A stretch of DNA of 64,000 bases, taken from positions 1 through 64,000 of IMG/VR virus record IMGVR_UViG_3300045988_108377. One strand, 5' to 3'. Each line of letters opens with the position of its first letter. Position 1 is the first letter of the stretch. This DNA comes from a virus. A program made the translations under genes and the position numbers. This document shows positions 35,868 through 44,083 of the stretch, piece by piece. Below the pieces are notes generated by a model that did not search any database, was not told where the DNA came from, and saw only the letters and a program-made list of their open reading frames with translations.

Positions 35868-36284
35868 TTATTTAAATTCGTGACTATTACAATTATCTAT
35901 ATCATTCATGGATACTCTGAGTAGCTCACAATACCCAGGCTCATCGCCAAAGAGACAGTTGCCACATCTTTTCGTAATTACACCGGCTTCAACTTCCATC
36001 TTAAAGTAATCTCTCCTTGTAATGTGATGTTTACCTGCCTCTTTCAGAACAGTCAAAGCAAACTCTTCGTTCGCTACTTCCAAGGCTTTTAGGGTGTTGA
36101 GGTCAACGTTGCAATTCTCGTCTGCTACACAAAGAGGAATATACCCCTCATGAGGGAAGTTTGTGCGACCGATATTCCAAACGATGTAGCCATAAGGAAA
36201 GTCTGGTACAATCTCAAAGGTATGGATGGTTCCCCATCCGTTGTCATCTACGAATTTTTCCATATCAAGTGATATTGTGTTCAT
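35868..36284 (-). CDS. hypothetical protein
   Basis: 138 aa, the first gene behind cassette I. C-terminal Cys cluster CGNCLFGDEPGYC...C. Confidence 0.55.
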   Translation of the reverse strand: MNTISLDMEKFVDDNGWGTIHTFEIVPDFPYGYIVWNIGRTNFPHEGYIPLCVADENCNVDLNTLKALEVANEEFALTVLKEAGKHHITRRDYFKMEVEAGVITKRCGNCLFGDEPGYCELLRVSMNDIDNCNSHEFK

Positions 36285-36402
36285 AATCTTTAATGTTTAA
36301 AAGTGAATGTTATGTTTATTATTTACAATACAAAGATACAAACAATTTATCAAATATGCAAGTTTTTAGGTGTATTTTTTTATCAAAAATGAAAGTTTTT
36401 TT
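36285..36402 (-). promoter_or_regulatory. promoter-leader cassette, copy I
   Basis: -7 box TATCTTTG at 36331-36338. The upstream half is almost identical to copy A (AAAAACTTGCATATTTGATAAATTGTTTG). Confidence 0.75.
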
Positions 36403-36404
36403 TT

Positions 36405-36435
36405 CAAGAAAAAGGGTGAGCCTTCCGACCCACCC
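36405..36435 (-). terminator. putative intrinsic terminator
   Basis: GGGTG..CACCC stem (36414-36435) followed in minus sense by TTTTTCTTG. Confidence 0.5.
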
Positions 36436-36482
36436 AAAGTTAAATAAAACAATCTTACTTATAGCTAACAATATTCAATTTC

Positions 36483-36617
36483 CTAACAGAAAATCCACAT
36501 AGCCACCAAAGTCAACACCAATCCTGCACAGGAAAGCAATGCGCCTTTTGCTGCTTCCTTTATTTCTTCTTTACCCCAATTCAAGGGATTCATCATATTT
36601 TTTTCTTCTGTCTTCAT
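36483..36617 (-). CDS. small membrane protein (44 aa)
   Basis: Below the track cutoff. ATG at 36615-36617 preceded by AGGAGGAACCGGT: MKTEEKNMMNPLNWGKEEIKEAAKGALLSCAGLVLTLVAMWIFC. Confidence 0.4.
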   Translation of the reverse strand: MKTEEKNMMNPLNWGKEEIKEAAKGALLSCAGLVLTLVAMWIFC

Positions 36618-36628
36618 ACCGGTTCCTC

Positions 36629-37006
36629 CTATATTTCAAGCCCCTTAATCTTTTCCATGAAACGGGCATTGTCTTTTTCAGCCCATTTGTTTTCAACACG
36701 ATAGATGATTTTACCAATATCTGTGCCGTTCCCTCCGTTATCCCATGTGGTATAACGATACTCCAAACTTACTATAAAATCAACGGAATCTTCTTTTTCG
36801 TTGACAACCGACTTGACAATACCTTCTATATGAATATTCTTAAATATCATAGGCTGCATAAAGAAGTTGCTGCCTGTAATCTTGATGTATTCCTCGTTTC
36901 TGTAATCTTTAGCTACTCCGAGGGTAAACTGGCAATTAACACCAAGTCTAAGCATTTTAGACTGAACATCATTTACGATAGCGTTTAAAATATTCTGATA
37001 CTTCAT
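36629..37006 (-). CDS. hypothetical protein
   Basis: I prefer the ATG at 37004-37006 (MKYQNILNAIV...), preceded by a leader-only copy (GCAAATAATAAATCATTTTTAAATTCAAAGATT). Confidence 0.55.
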   Translation of the reverse strand: MKYQNILNAIVNDVQSKMLRLGVNCQFTLGVAKDYRNEEYIKITGSNFFMQPMIFKNIHIEGIVKSVVNEKEDSVDFIVSLEYRYTTWDNGGNGTDIGKIIYRVENKWAEKDNARFMEKIKGLEI

Positions 37007-37053
37007 AATCTTTGAATTTAAAAATGATTTATTATTTGCTTTTTTCTCTTGTT

Positions 37054-37215
37054 TTAGATTTCTACCATCATGCCGTTCTCGTATTTGCAAACAACGAAAG
37101 CGTCTGTATTGTTTACCTTGTTACACTTTGCAGCAAGTTTATTAATTTTTGCTTTGTCAGCTAAGCCTTTTACAGGCTTACTGCTTCCTTTTTTTACTAC
37201 ATAAAACATTTCCAT
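37054..37215 (-). CDS. small basic protein (53 aa)
   Basis: Below the track cutoff. The first gene behind cassette K: MEMFYVVKKGSSKPVKGLADKAKINKLAAKCNKVNNTDAFVVCKYENGMMVEI. Confidence 0.45.
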   Translation of the reverse strand: MEMFYVVKKGSSKPVKGLADKAKINKLAAKCNKVNNTDAFVVCKYENGMMVEI

Positions 37216-37328
37216 AATCTTGAAAGTTTAAAGTATTATTGTTTATTATTTACAATACAAAGATACAAACAATTTATCAAATACGCAAGTTTTTAAGCAA
37301 TTATTTTATCAAAATTTGAAGTTTTTAC
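37216..37328 (-). promoter_or_regulatory. promoter-leader cassette, copy K
   Basis: -7 box TATCTTTG at 37258-37265. The leader is identical to copy F over GTAAATAATAAACAATAATACTTTAAACTTTCAAGATT. Confidence 0.75.
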
Positions 37329-37330
37329 AT

Positions 37331-37368
37331 AAGAAAATACCCTCGTCCAATCATTTTGGCGAGGGTAT
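37331..37368 (-). terminator. intrinsic terminator ending the lysis/metK-mtnN-luxS operon
   Basis: Perfect 9-bp stem ATACCCTCG (37337-37345) / CGAGGGTAT (37360-37368) followed in minus sense by TTTTCTT. Confidence 0.7.
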
Positions 37369-37397
37369 ATTACAAAACCTTAAAACTATGGAACATT

Positions 37398-38141
37398 TTA
37401 TTTCAGGCTTTGCCTTCGATACTTACTGAATACCCAACGAGCTAAAACGCTCGCCAGTATGACAAGTGCAATCCCTAAAAAGGTGAGAGCGATGTAAAGT
37501 GTCTGCTTGGATTCGGACACGGATTGTTTCTTGTCGGTTGAACGTTTTGTTTCTTTTCTCTTGTTCGTGGTCGCAGACGATGAGCTTTCGGAATTTGTAT
37601 TGTTTTCCTCTTTCTCGTTGGCAACCACTGTTGAAGCTTTATTTGTCATTTCCTTTTGCGCAGACGATGTTGAGGCTCCACGCTTCTCTATCTTCGTCTG
37701 CCTGATGGTCTTACTTACCTTTGGCTTGGCATCCTTGGCAGTATCGCTTGTGTCGTAGATGGTTGTTTCAGTAATAGTGACGGTCTCACTATTCTCTGAA
37801 GACTCATTCTTTTGCTCTGTGGTCGTGCTGACGGAATCGGTTGCGGACTTAGCCTTGTCTGACGATGTGGTGGAGTTAGTTTGCTCCGACGTATCTATTT
37901 GGGTCTGTTCCGTCTCGTTCTCGTTGACCTGCTCTGAGGACATTTGCTTGCTACTTCCACAAGATACAAGAATGATGATTGTGAACCATGCTATGCAGGA
38001 AAGCACAAATACGGATAGCACACCATGGTAACCTCCAAGAAAGCTCATAATGTTATGCGTTCCGAAACGTGATGCTCCGGACTCCTGGCTACTTCGCTCC
38101 ATACGTAGGGCTTTGAATAACTTGTTTATGACTTTTTCCAT
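37398..38141 (-). CDS. membrane-anchored Ser/Thr/Glu/Asn-rich low-complexity protein
   Basis: 247 aa. Hydrophobic segment 40-60 ends in ILVSCGSS (possible lipobox). A ~150-aa S/T/E/N/K-rich region and a C-terminal TM (LYIALTFLGIALVILASVLA) follow. It is the last gene of the operon, after luxS. Confidence 0.6.
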   Translation of the reverse strand: MEKVINKLFKALRMERSSQESGASRFGTHNIMSFLGGYHGVLSVFVLSCIAWFTIIILVSCGSSKQMSSEQVNENETEQTQIDTSEQTNSTTSSDKAKSATDSVSTTTEQKNESSENSETVTITETTIYDTSDTAKDAKPKVSKTIRQTKIEKRGASTSSAQKEMTNKASTVVANEKEENNTNSESSSSATTNKRKETKRSTDKKQSVSESKQTLYIALTFLGIALVILASVLARWVFSKYRRQSLK

Positions 38142-38152
38142 GATGATGTAAT

Positions 38153-38629
38153 TTAATATGGGTAACTCAAATTCTCTGCCTTGATGTCAGACAGAAAGTC
38201 CACAAACTCGTTTGCTGTTGACTTCGCTTGCTTTAGATCGTGTAAGGAATAGTTGCCACATTCCTTTGGTGAACTGCCTGGTATCACACCTTCATAGTCA
38301 GCAATGACTATGAACATATCCCTAATAAGGTCTATCACTTGCAAACTATCGTAGTCGCCATTGAGAATGAGGTAGAAACCTGTGAGGCATCCCATAGGTC
38401 CGAAATAAACGACCTTATCCTTCCATTTGCTGTCGTTGCGTAGGATTGTCGCTCCGATGTGTTCGATGGTGTGAGCGCACTCTGGAGTTAACATGTCGTA
38501 GTTCGGCTTCTTGATACGAATATCAATAGTTGTGATGGTCTCACCCATGGAAGTAACATCTTTGCGAGAAACATAGATTCCACGGTCTAACTTCGTGTGG
38601 TCCACTTTAAAACTTGCAATTTTACTCAT
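38153..38629 (-). CDS. luxS: S-ribosylhomocysteine lyase (LuxS)
   Basis: 158 aa. SFKVDHT, metal-site HTIEH, PMGCLTGFY and CGNYSLH all match E. coli LuxS (SFTVDHT, HTLEH, PMGCRTGFY, CGTYQMH). ATGA overlap with mtnN. Confidence 0.9.
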   Translation of the reverse strand: MSKIASFKVDHTKLDRGIYVSRKDVTSMGETITTIDIRIKKPNYDMLTPECAHTIEHIGATILRNDSKWKDKVVYFGPMGCLTGFYLILNGDYDSLQVIDLIRDMFIVIADYEGVIPGSSPKECGNYSLHDLKQAKSTANEFVDFLSDIKAENLSYPY

Positions 38630-39318
38630 ACCAATTCCTCCAAGATTTTCTTTGTTTTGTCAAACGACCATTTTGCTACGTATTTCCAAAAATTCTCATA
38701 TTGCTCTTCTTCACAATTATCACTTATGATTCTGATGGCCACGAACGGAACCTTATAGCGGTAGCAGGTCTGTGCGATACTGCAACTCTCCATGTCTACA
38801 ACGGAAGCCAATGGATATGTTGCTTTAAGTTTAGCCTTTATTACCGGGTCGACAATGAACTGGTCGCCACTGATAACACCAGCTATTCTTATGTTGTGTC
38901 CGAGTATTTTTCCAATACGAGCACATAAGTCACCTTCGGTGTTGATGCCAACCTCCAAAGGTGTGAATGTGCTTGGCATTCCTTGTACTTGTCCCTTGAC
39001 AAGTTCTTTTCCACAGAACACATCATGATAATGATACCATACACCCATGATAGTCTCACCCGAATGTAATTCTTCGTCCAGTGAGCCTGCTACTCCGGTA
39101 GATAGTATAAAGTCTGGTTCGTAGAGGGTAATCATTTCAGCAGCTCCCAAAGCAGAGTTGACCTTGCCTATTCCGCACTGCTGTATGACCACTTCATTCT
39201 TGCCGACATTACCGATCAAATAGTCAAATACTCTGCCATGTTCGGCTTGTCCTTCTGAAATGAATCCTTTTAGCAGCTCCATTTCCTTAGACATAGCTAC
39301 TAATATTCCTATCTTCAT
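38626..39318 (-). CDS. mtnN: 5'-methylthioadenosine/S-adenosylhomocysteine nucleosidase
   Basis: 230 aa. MKIGILVAMSKEMELL, CGIGKVNSALGA, STGVAGSL, VSGDQF, VDMESCSIAQ and FVAIRIISD are colinear with E. coli MtnN/Pfs. ATGA overlap with metK. Confidence 0.9.
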   Translation of the reverse strand: MKIGILVAMSKEMELLKGFISEGQAEHGRVFDYLIGNVGKNEVVIQQCGIGKVNSALGAAEMITLYEPDFILSTGVAGSLDEELHSGETIMGVWYHYHDVFCGKELVKGQVQGMPSTFTPLEVGINTEGDLCARIGKILGHNIRIAGVISGDQFIVDPVIKAKLKATYPLASVVDMESCSIAQTCYRYKVPFVAIRIISDNCEEEQYENFWKYVAKWSFDKTKKILEELV

Positions 39319-40592
39319 AAGCCAAAAGCCTCTTTGATGTAATCAACAGAATCAAGCTTTTCCCATGTAAAAAGCTCAACTTCAATACTATGACCTTCGA
39401 TTTTCTTGCGTTTCTTGCAAGGAATTCTGCCCATGTGCCCATAAGCAGCAGTTTCTTCATAGATAGGCTGATTAAGTTTCAACTTCTCAACGATTGCTCT
39501 TGGACGCATGTCGAAATTAGAAGCAATCCATTCTGTAACACCTTCGTCAGTCATTTCTACGTGTGAAGTACCATAGGTGTCAACACAGATACTTACTGGC
39601 TCTGCCATACCGATAGCGTAGGAAATCTGAATGAGCATCTTATCGGAAACACCTGCAGCAACCATATTCTTCGCGATATAGCGAGCCATATAGGCTGCTG
39701 AACGGTCTACCTTACTGCTATCTTTACCTGAGAAGGCACCTCCTCCATGCGCTCCAGCACCTCCGTATGTATCTACGATAATCTTACGACCTGTGAGACC
39801 TGTATCTCCATGAGGACCACCAATTACGAACTTGCCAGTCGGATTCACAAGCAACTTGAATCCCTTGTCAAACATCTTGACAACATTGTCGTCAGCAATC
39901 TGTTCCTTAACTTCTTGAAGAACGTAGTTCTCAACATCGTATGCTATCTGTTTCTGCATTTCTGCATCGGCTTCATCTTGCGACATCGTTTTCGATGGCT
40001 TGATAAAGTCCTCGTGCTGAGTTGAGACAACAATGGTGTCAATGCCGAAAGGTTTGCTGTCTTTGTATTCGACGGTTACTTGACTCTTCGAATCCGGACG
40101 CAAATATTTCATGCCACGCCCATTCTTTCTAATGAAAGCAAGTTCCTTGACAATCTTTGTGGCGATGTAGTGGGAGAGAGGCATGAATGTTTCAGTCTCG
40201 TTGGTTGCGTAACCGAACATCATACCCTGGTCGCCGGCACCTTGCTCATCTTTTGACTGCCGGATAACACCCCTGTCGATGTCTGCGCTCTGCTCATGCA
40301 AAAGATTGATGATACTACAACTCTCGAAGTCAAAGTTGTCACCATATTCCGTGTAGCCAATGCGCTTGATGGTCTTACGTACAACCTTAGACACATCTAC
40401 ATGAGCGGTTGATTTTACCTCACCAGCGAGAACTACCTGGTTGGTAGTAACCAAAGTTTCGCAAGCTACATGAGCATCAGCATCCTTTGCTATATAAGCG
40501 TCAAGAATAGCATCGGAAATCTGGTCTGCAACCTTGTCAGGGTGTCCTTCTGATACGGATTCTGATGTAAAAAGTTTCTTTTCTTCTATCAT
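39315..40592 (-). CDS. metK: S-adenosylmethionine synthetase
   Basis: 425 aa. FTSESVSEGHPDKVADQISDAILDA, GAGDQGMMFGYA, GGPHGDTGLTGRKIIVDTYGG and GGGAFSGKD. Long Bacteroidetes-like form. Confidence 0.95.
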   Translation of the reverse strand: MIEEKKLFTSESVSEGHPDKVADQISDAILDAYIAKDADAHVACETLVTTNQVVLAGEVKSTAHVDVSKVVRKTIKRIGYTEYGDNFDFESCSIINLLHEQSADIDRGVIRQSKDEQGAGDQGMMFGYATNETETFMPLSHYIATKIVKELAFIRKNGRGMKYLRPDSKSQVTVEYKDSKPFGIDTIVVSTQHEDFIKPSKTMSQDEADAEMQKQIAYDVENYVLQEVKEQIADDNVVKMFDKGFKLLVNPTGKFVIGGPHGDTGLTGRKIIVDTYGGAGAHGGGAFSGKDSSKVDRSAAYMARYIAKNMVAAGVSDKMLIQISYAIGMAEPVSICVDTYGTSHVEMTDEGVTEWIASNFDMRPRAIVEKLKLNQPIYEETAAYGHMGRIPCKKRKKIEGHSIEVELFTWEKLDSVDYIKEAFGL

Positions 40593-40605
40593 AATATACT
40601 GATTT

Positions 40606-41169
40606 TTATGCGATTACTTTTCCGTTGTCGGCAATAAGCTTTCCATATTGAATGTTCTTGACTCGTCTAAGCCATCCGTTGAGATTAACCTCTTGCGACG
40701 GGTCATTTTTCACTATTTGATGAAAATAAGCTATGCGTTTTACTTTTAAAGCGTCAAAAAGCACCCACTGACCTTTCCTGTAATTGTTGATGGCTGAAAT
40801 CGTAGCAGGTCCCATGACTCCATCTTGCTTTGTGCCGACGCAACTTTGAATATATCTCACGGCTCGGCTTACTCCGCTGTTGTAGGCAAAGTCTACCAAT
40901 AGGTTTGCTACGCTCTGGTTCTTTATATGGTCACCCCAACAAGCATCCCAATAATTGAGTTTAAAGACTCTGTTGTAGTCGTCTTCCGTCAATAGCTTGA
41001 TGTCCTCAGCTGTAATAGCTCTATCGCCATTCTTGTCATAACCAACCTTTTTCCACGTTGCAAGTGTAATGCCGTATTTTGTCGGTCCACCTCTATCAGA
41101 CCTATGGTTGGTGTACTTGTTAGACTCAAAGCTAAGAACAAACTTTGATAATTGTCTTGAATCTGCCAT
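40606..41169 (-). CDS. endolysin, GH108-type N-terminal domain with PG_binding_3-like C-terminus
   Basis: 187 aa. FESNKYTNHRSDRGGPTKYGIT matches the GH108 signature (FEGGY...D.GG.T..GIT). It follows a holin-like gene with a TAATG overlap. Confidence 0.8.
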   Translation of the reverse strand: MADSRQLSKFVLSFESNKYTNHRSDRGGPTKYGITLATWKKVGYDKNGDRAITAEDIKLLTEDDYNRVFKLNYWDACWGDHIKNQSVANLLVDFAYNSGVSRAVRYIQSCVGTKQDGVMGPATISAINNYRKGQWVLFDALKVKRIAYFHQIVKNDPSQEVNLNGWLRRVKNIQYGKLIADNGKVIA

Positions 41170-41453
41170 TATTCATCTGTTTTAAATTCTTGTTTACGTT
41201 CTCCTCGTTCTCCAATGGTCTTTGTCAGACCTGCAGAGACAAATAGGGTAGAGATACTGCCAACGTATGCACTGATACCCATGAGGTCTGTCTTGATCGT
41301 CCCATAAGTGATAACTTCCCAAATAAGGATAAATACTACAGACAGCAACATCAGGCAACCTATAAGCGTAACAGATACCAAGAAGAATGCCTTACTTGAA
41401 TGTCCGCTGTTTACCTTTATGAGTTTAGTGAAATAATCCGCTATCTTTTTCAT
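41169..41453 (-). CDS. holin-like protein (two TM segments)
   Basis: 94 aa. TM1 AFFLVSVTLIGCLMLLSVVFILIW, TM2 LMGISAYVGSISTLFVSAGL, charged C-terminus. Immediately upstream of the endolysin. Confidence 0.6.
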   Translation of the reverse strand: MKKIADYFTKLIKVNSGHSSKAFFLVSVTLIGCLMLLSVVFILIWEVITYGTIKTDLMGISAYVGSISTLFVSAGLTKTIGERGERKQEFKTDE

Positions 41454-41911
41454 ATCTCTTCATTTTCTCCATCGGTTCGGTCTATGTATTGGTTGTTTTC
41501 CATTTCAACCCTCCTGATAAGCTCTTCTCGCTTTCTGGGAGGCTTTCTTTTGGGGCAGCCGTTTACTTCACACTTATTCCAATCTAACTCTGCATTGAGC
41601 ATCTGCAAATCGTGGTTCTTACTTTCGAGTCCGCTAATCGTATCTCGTAAGATGTTAATCTTGTCGTATAAAGAATCTATCTTGCCATCCTTAACCTTGA
41701 TTTCTTCTTCCTTATTCCGTACATCTTCATCACGTTTCTCGCAAAGTTTCCTCCAACCATCGGCTGAGGTGGCTATAGCCTTACCTTCCTCTTGTGAAGC
41801 CTCGGCTGCTGCTTTACGTTTACGAATACTAAAAAATAATGCACCACTCAATATTGGAATAACGCCTGTATTTATGATGGTTATGATTTCTACAATGCTC
41901 GATATTGACAT
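41450..41911 (-). CDS. lysis-associated membrane protein (N-terminal TM plus coiled coil; holin/antiholin or spanin-like)
   Basis: 153 aa. N-terminal TM IITIINTGVIPILSGALFFSI, then a coiled coil. ATGA overlap with the holin-like gene. Confidence 0.45.
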   Translation of the reverse strand: MSISSIVEIITIINTGVIPILSGALFFSIRKRKAAAEASQEEGKAIATSADGWRKLCEKRDEDVRNKEEEIKVKDGKIDSLYDKINILRDTISGLESKNHDLQMLNAELDWNKCEVNGCPKRKPPRKREELIRRVEMENNQYIDRTDGENEEI

Positions 41912-41927
41912 ATTCTTCTTTTTGCCA

Positions 41928-41957
41928 CAAAGTTACTTTTATTCTATGCTAAAGTAA
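41928..41957 (-). promoter_or_regulatory. promoter of the lysis/metK-mtnN-luxS operon
   Basis: -7 box TAACTTTG at 41928-41935, 16 nt upstream of the ATG at 41911. A TTTG-containing T-rich stretch lies about 22 nt upstream. It sits directly after the dut terminator. Confidence 0.5.
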
Positions 41958-42004
41958 CAAAAAAGGGGACTAACTTACTGCATCATGCCTTGCAGTGTTA
42001 GTCC
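41958..42004 (-). terminator. strong intrinsic terminator after dut
   Basis: Composite stem GGGACTAAC-TT-ACTGCA / TGCAGT-GTTAGTCCC (41966-42004) followed in minus sense by CTTTTTTGTT. Confidence 0.8.
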
Positions 42005-42029
42005 CTTTATTAAAAATGAAAAAGTAGCC

Positions 42030-42572
42030 TTACCTTGTACCTGTATGCCCGATTCCTCCACCTCTGTTAGGATAGTTTTCGTCATAGTCTTTCGCTTCTA
42101 TCATTTTACTGCTATAAGTTTTGTAAAATGTCAGCTGTGCTATACGAGTACCTTTCTTGATTGTAAACTCTCCGTCGTCATTCTTGACAACTACGTTCAG
42201 TTGGTCTTGATAGCCTGGGTCTATCTTGCCTGATATTACATCAGCATTAAAACGATGCTTCCCGTTGAACTTCTTCCAATACGTTATGAGGCCGAAGAGC
42301 TTTCTTTTTTCCTTCCATACTCCGTAACCTTCAAACCCCTTTGCTGCAAATCCACTACGTGATTCTATTTTACATTCTACTCCGTATGGGAGCTGCACAC
42401 CGAAACCTAATTGCACCATTGCCCTTGAATGAGCTGGAATTATGGTGTCATATGGCGCATATACATCGAATCCTATCGAGTATTTATCAGCTTTCTTTGG
42501 ATTGATAAAATCTCCAAGAGGAATGATTTTAATGGTTCCTCTTGGATGTCTCTTCTTATTTGTTTTCTTCAT
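42030..42572 (-). CDS. dut: dUTPase (dUTP diphosphatase family)
   Basis: 180 aa. Motifs IGFDVYA, ESRSGFA, GKIDPGYQD, RIAQL and C-terminal RGGGIGHTG match dUTPase motifs 1-5. There is an insertion between motifs 2 and 3. Confidence 0.8.
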   Translation of the reverse strand: MKKTNKKRHPRGTIKIIPLGDFINPKKADKYSIGFDVYAPYDTIIPAHSRAMVQLGFGVQLPYGVECKIESRSGFAAKGFEGYGVWKEKRKLFGLITYWKKFNGKHRFNADVISGKIDPGYQDQLNVVVKNDDGEFTIKKGTRIAQLTFYKTYSSKMIEAKDYDENYPNRGGGIGHTGTR

Positions 42573-42975
42573 TTTGTTGTTTTCTTTTCAAAGTATCTTT
42601 GTAACTTTCTAACACTTCCAAAAGTCTGTTTAGAGAGTAAGAGGCAAAGGACTTTTCCCATCCTTTTACGCTATAGTATTTGACGTTGTAACCAGATAGA
42701 CTTAACAACTCTTTGTTTGTCTTGTGCAGTTCTTCTGTCGCCTTTGTTCTGATGGTAAGGACTACGCAGAAAATTGCCGATAACAAATCGTTTGTCAACT
42801 TGTCTTCATCAAGTTTCAACGAACCGTTGTACGCATCTATCTTGTTGTTCCATGTTGTAATTCTCGTGATGGTATCGTTATTAACTTTGATAGGTTCCTT
42901 TGCTCCAAATACGAACTGCTGGTCTTTACCTACCAACTTAACTACGGCTTGCTCGTAATCATATTCCTTTTCCAT
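42556..42975 (-). CDS. hypothetical protein
   Basis: I prefer the ATG at 42973-42975 (MEKEYDYEQAVVKL...) directly behind cassette L. The track start at 43065 lies in the cassette. Confidence 0.55.
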   Translation of the reverse strand: MEKEYDYEQAVVKLVGKDQQFVFGAKEPIKVNNDTITRITTWNNKIDAYNGSLKLDEDKLTNDLLSAIFCVVLTIRTKATEELHKTNKELLSLSGYNVKYYSVKGWEKSFASYSLNRLLEVLESYKDTLKRKQQNEENK

Positions 42976-43084
42976 AATCTTTGTATTTTTAAAGTGAATG
43001 TTATGTTTATTATTTACATTACAAAGATACAAACAACTTATCAAATACGCAAATGTTTTGAGCAATTATTTTTGTAAATTTGCA
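42976..43084 (-). promoter_or_regulatory. promoter-leader cassette, copy L
   Basis: -7 box TATCTTTG at 43022-43029. Leader GTAAATAATAAACATAACATTCACTTTAAAAATACAAAGATT + ATG. It abuts the stop of 43085..43918. Confidence 0.75.
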
Positions 43085-43918
43085 TTATTTTTTCGTCACT
43101 TTAAACTTGTTTTCTAATCTTTCCACTCCCATTGTTTCCAACTCGCAGCTCTTAACTTCCTTGTCGAAATGGCCTAACCGTAAGGCATCAAGGCAATATT
43201 GGTTCCGGAAGCCATCATCTGACAATTTCTCGTTTATAGCTTTGTATGCTTGTTCTGATGCGTAGTTTCGTGTCGGGTGTAAATTGTTCTTCTTGTAATG
43301 AACCTTTGAGTCTGCAAAGGCATACATGGCACCTACAGCCACATTTAATGTCGCCTCCTTATAGCTTTTGCTAAAGTCTATATGATACTCGTCCTTGTAA
43401 ATCTGAATGTGTGCCTTGAATACCTCATCGTATAAGTTTATCATGGCTCTTGCCGTCTCTATCTGAGCTATAATGTCGCAGTCCTTTAAACCTTTTCGCT
43501 CATAGTAAAACTTAAATGTAAGCGTCAAGTCAAACAATAGTTTCTCCAGACCTTCGTATGCCTTGTTACATGAATCACTAACCAATCCTCTTGCCCTCGT
43601 CTCCATGTGTTTCGCAAGATAGTCATTGTATTTATCAAAATCTTTTTTGATGGCTTCCAACCATTTCTTGTTTTGAAACTTGATAAGGTTTCGCTCGTCG
43701 TACCAGTCGTATACCTTTAGAAACTCCTGTTCTGCAATATATCGGTAGACTAATACGATAGTAAAGAATAAGTCTCGGCAATTCTTCCTGGCAAACTCCT
43801 TTGTCTTCGGGTCAAGCAACTTTTTAATGTTCATGACCACTGTCTTTTCAATGTAATGCGGATTGCCTTTGTTAGTCTTATTTGCAAAAGCTTTACTAAT
43901 ATTTTCTTTCGTCTCCAT
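43085..43918 (-). CDS. hypothetical protein
   Basis: 277 aa, helical. No motif recognised. Confidence 0.6.
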   Translation of the reverse strand: METKENISKAFANKTNKGNPHYIEKTVVMNIKKLLDPKTKEFARKNCRDLFFTIVLVYRYIAEQEFLKVYDWYDERNLIKFQNKKWLEAIKKDFDKYNDYLAKHMETRARGLVSDSCNKAYEGLEKLLFDLTLTFKFYYERKGLKDCDIIAQIETARAMINLYDEVFKAHIQIYKDEYHIDFSKSYKEATLNVAVGAMYAFADSKVHYKKNNLHPTRNYASEQAYKAINEKLSDDGFRNQYCLDALRLGHFDKEVKSCELETMGVERLENKFKVTKK

Positions 43919-43932
43919 TTTGCTTGAATTAA

Positions 43933-44079
43933 TTATTCAATACCGTGATATGATTTTCTACTCCACATTCTTATCGCCGTCTCAAGTCTTGTGTCGTTAC
44001 CAGCAAGCCTGTCAATCCAGACGCGAGAGAGGCGATTGGCGGGGGTATGGGCGAGCTTCTTTGCTAATCGTGCTTTCAT
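43933..44079 (-). CDS. small basic protein (48 aa)
   Basis: Below the track cutoff. ATG at 44077-44079: MKARLAKKLAHTPANRLSRVWIDRLAGNDTRLETAIRMWSRKSYHGIE. Locally GC-rich. Confidence 0.4.
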   Translation of the reverse strand: MKARLAKKLAHTPANRLSRVWIDRLAGNDTRLETAIRMWSRKSYHGIE

Positions 44080-44083
44080 AAAG

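Noticed and set aside
38153-40592. metK-mtnN-luxS might be host chromosome flanking a prophage end
   Set aside because: They are joined by ATGA overlaps and sit 13 nt downstream of the phage endolysin in the same predicted transcript. They are followed by a phage-style terminator and cassette K, with phage genes on both sides.
41400-41957. Long plus-strand ORFs antisense to well-supported genes (41400..41957, 36539..36988, 29100..29531, 49160..49588, 20139..20528)
   Set aside because: Each lies fully inside or opposite a minus-strand gene with recognisable motifs or coupling. They have hydrophobic low-complexity translations and no promoter or terminator context.
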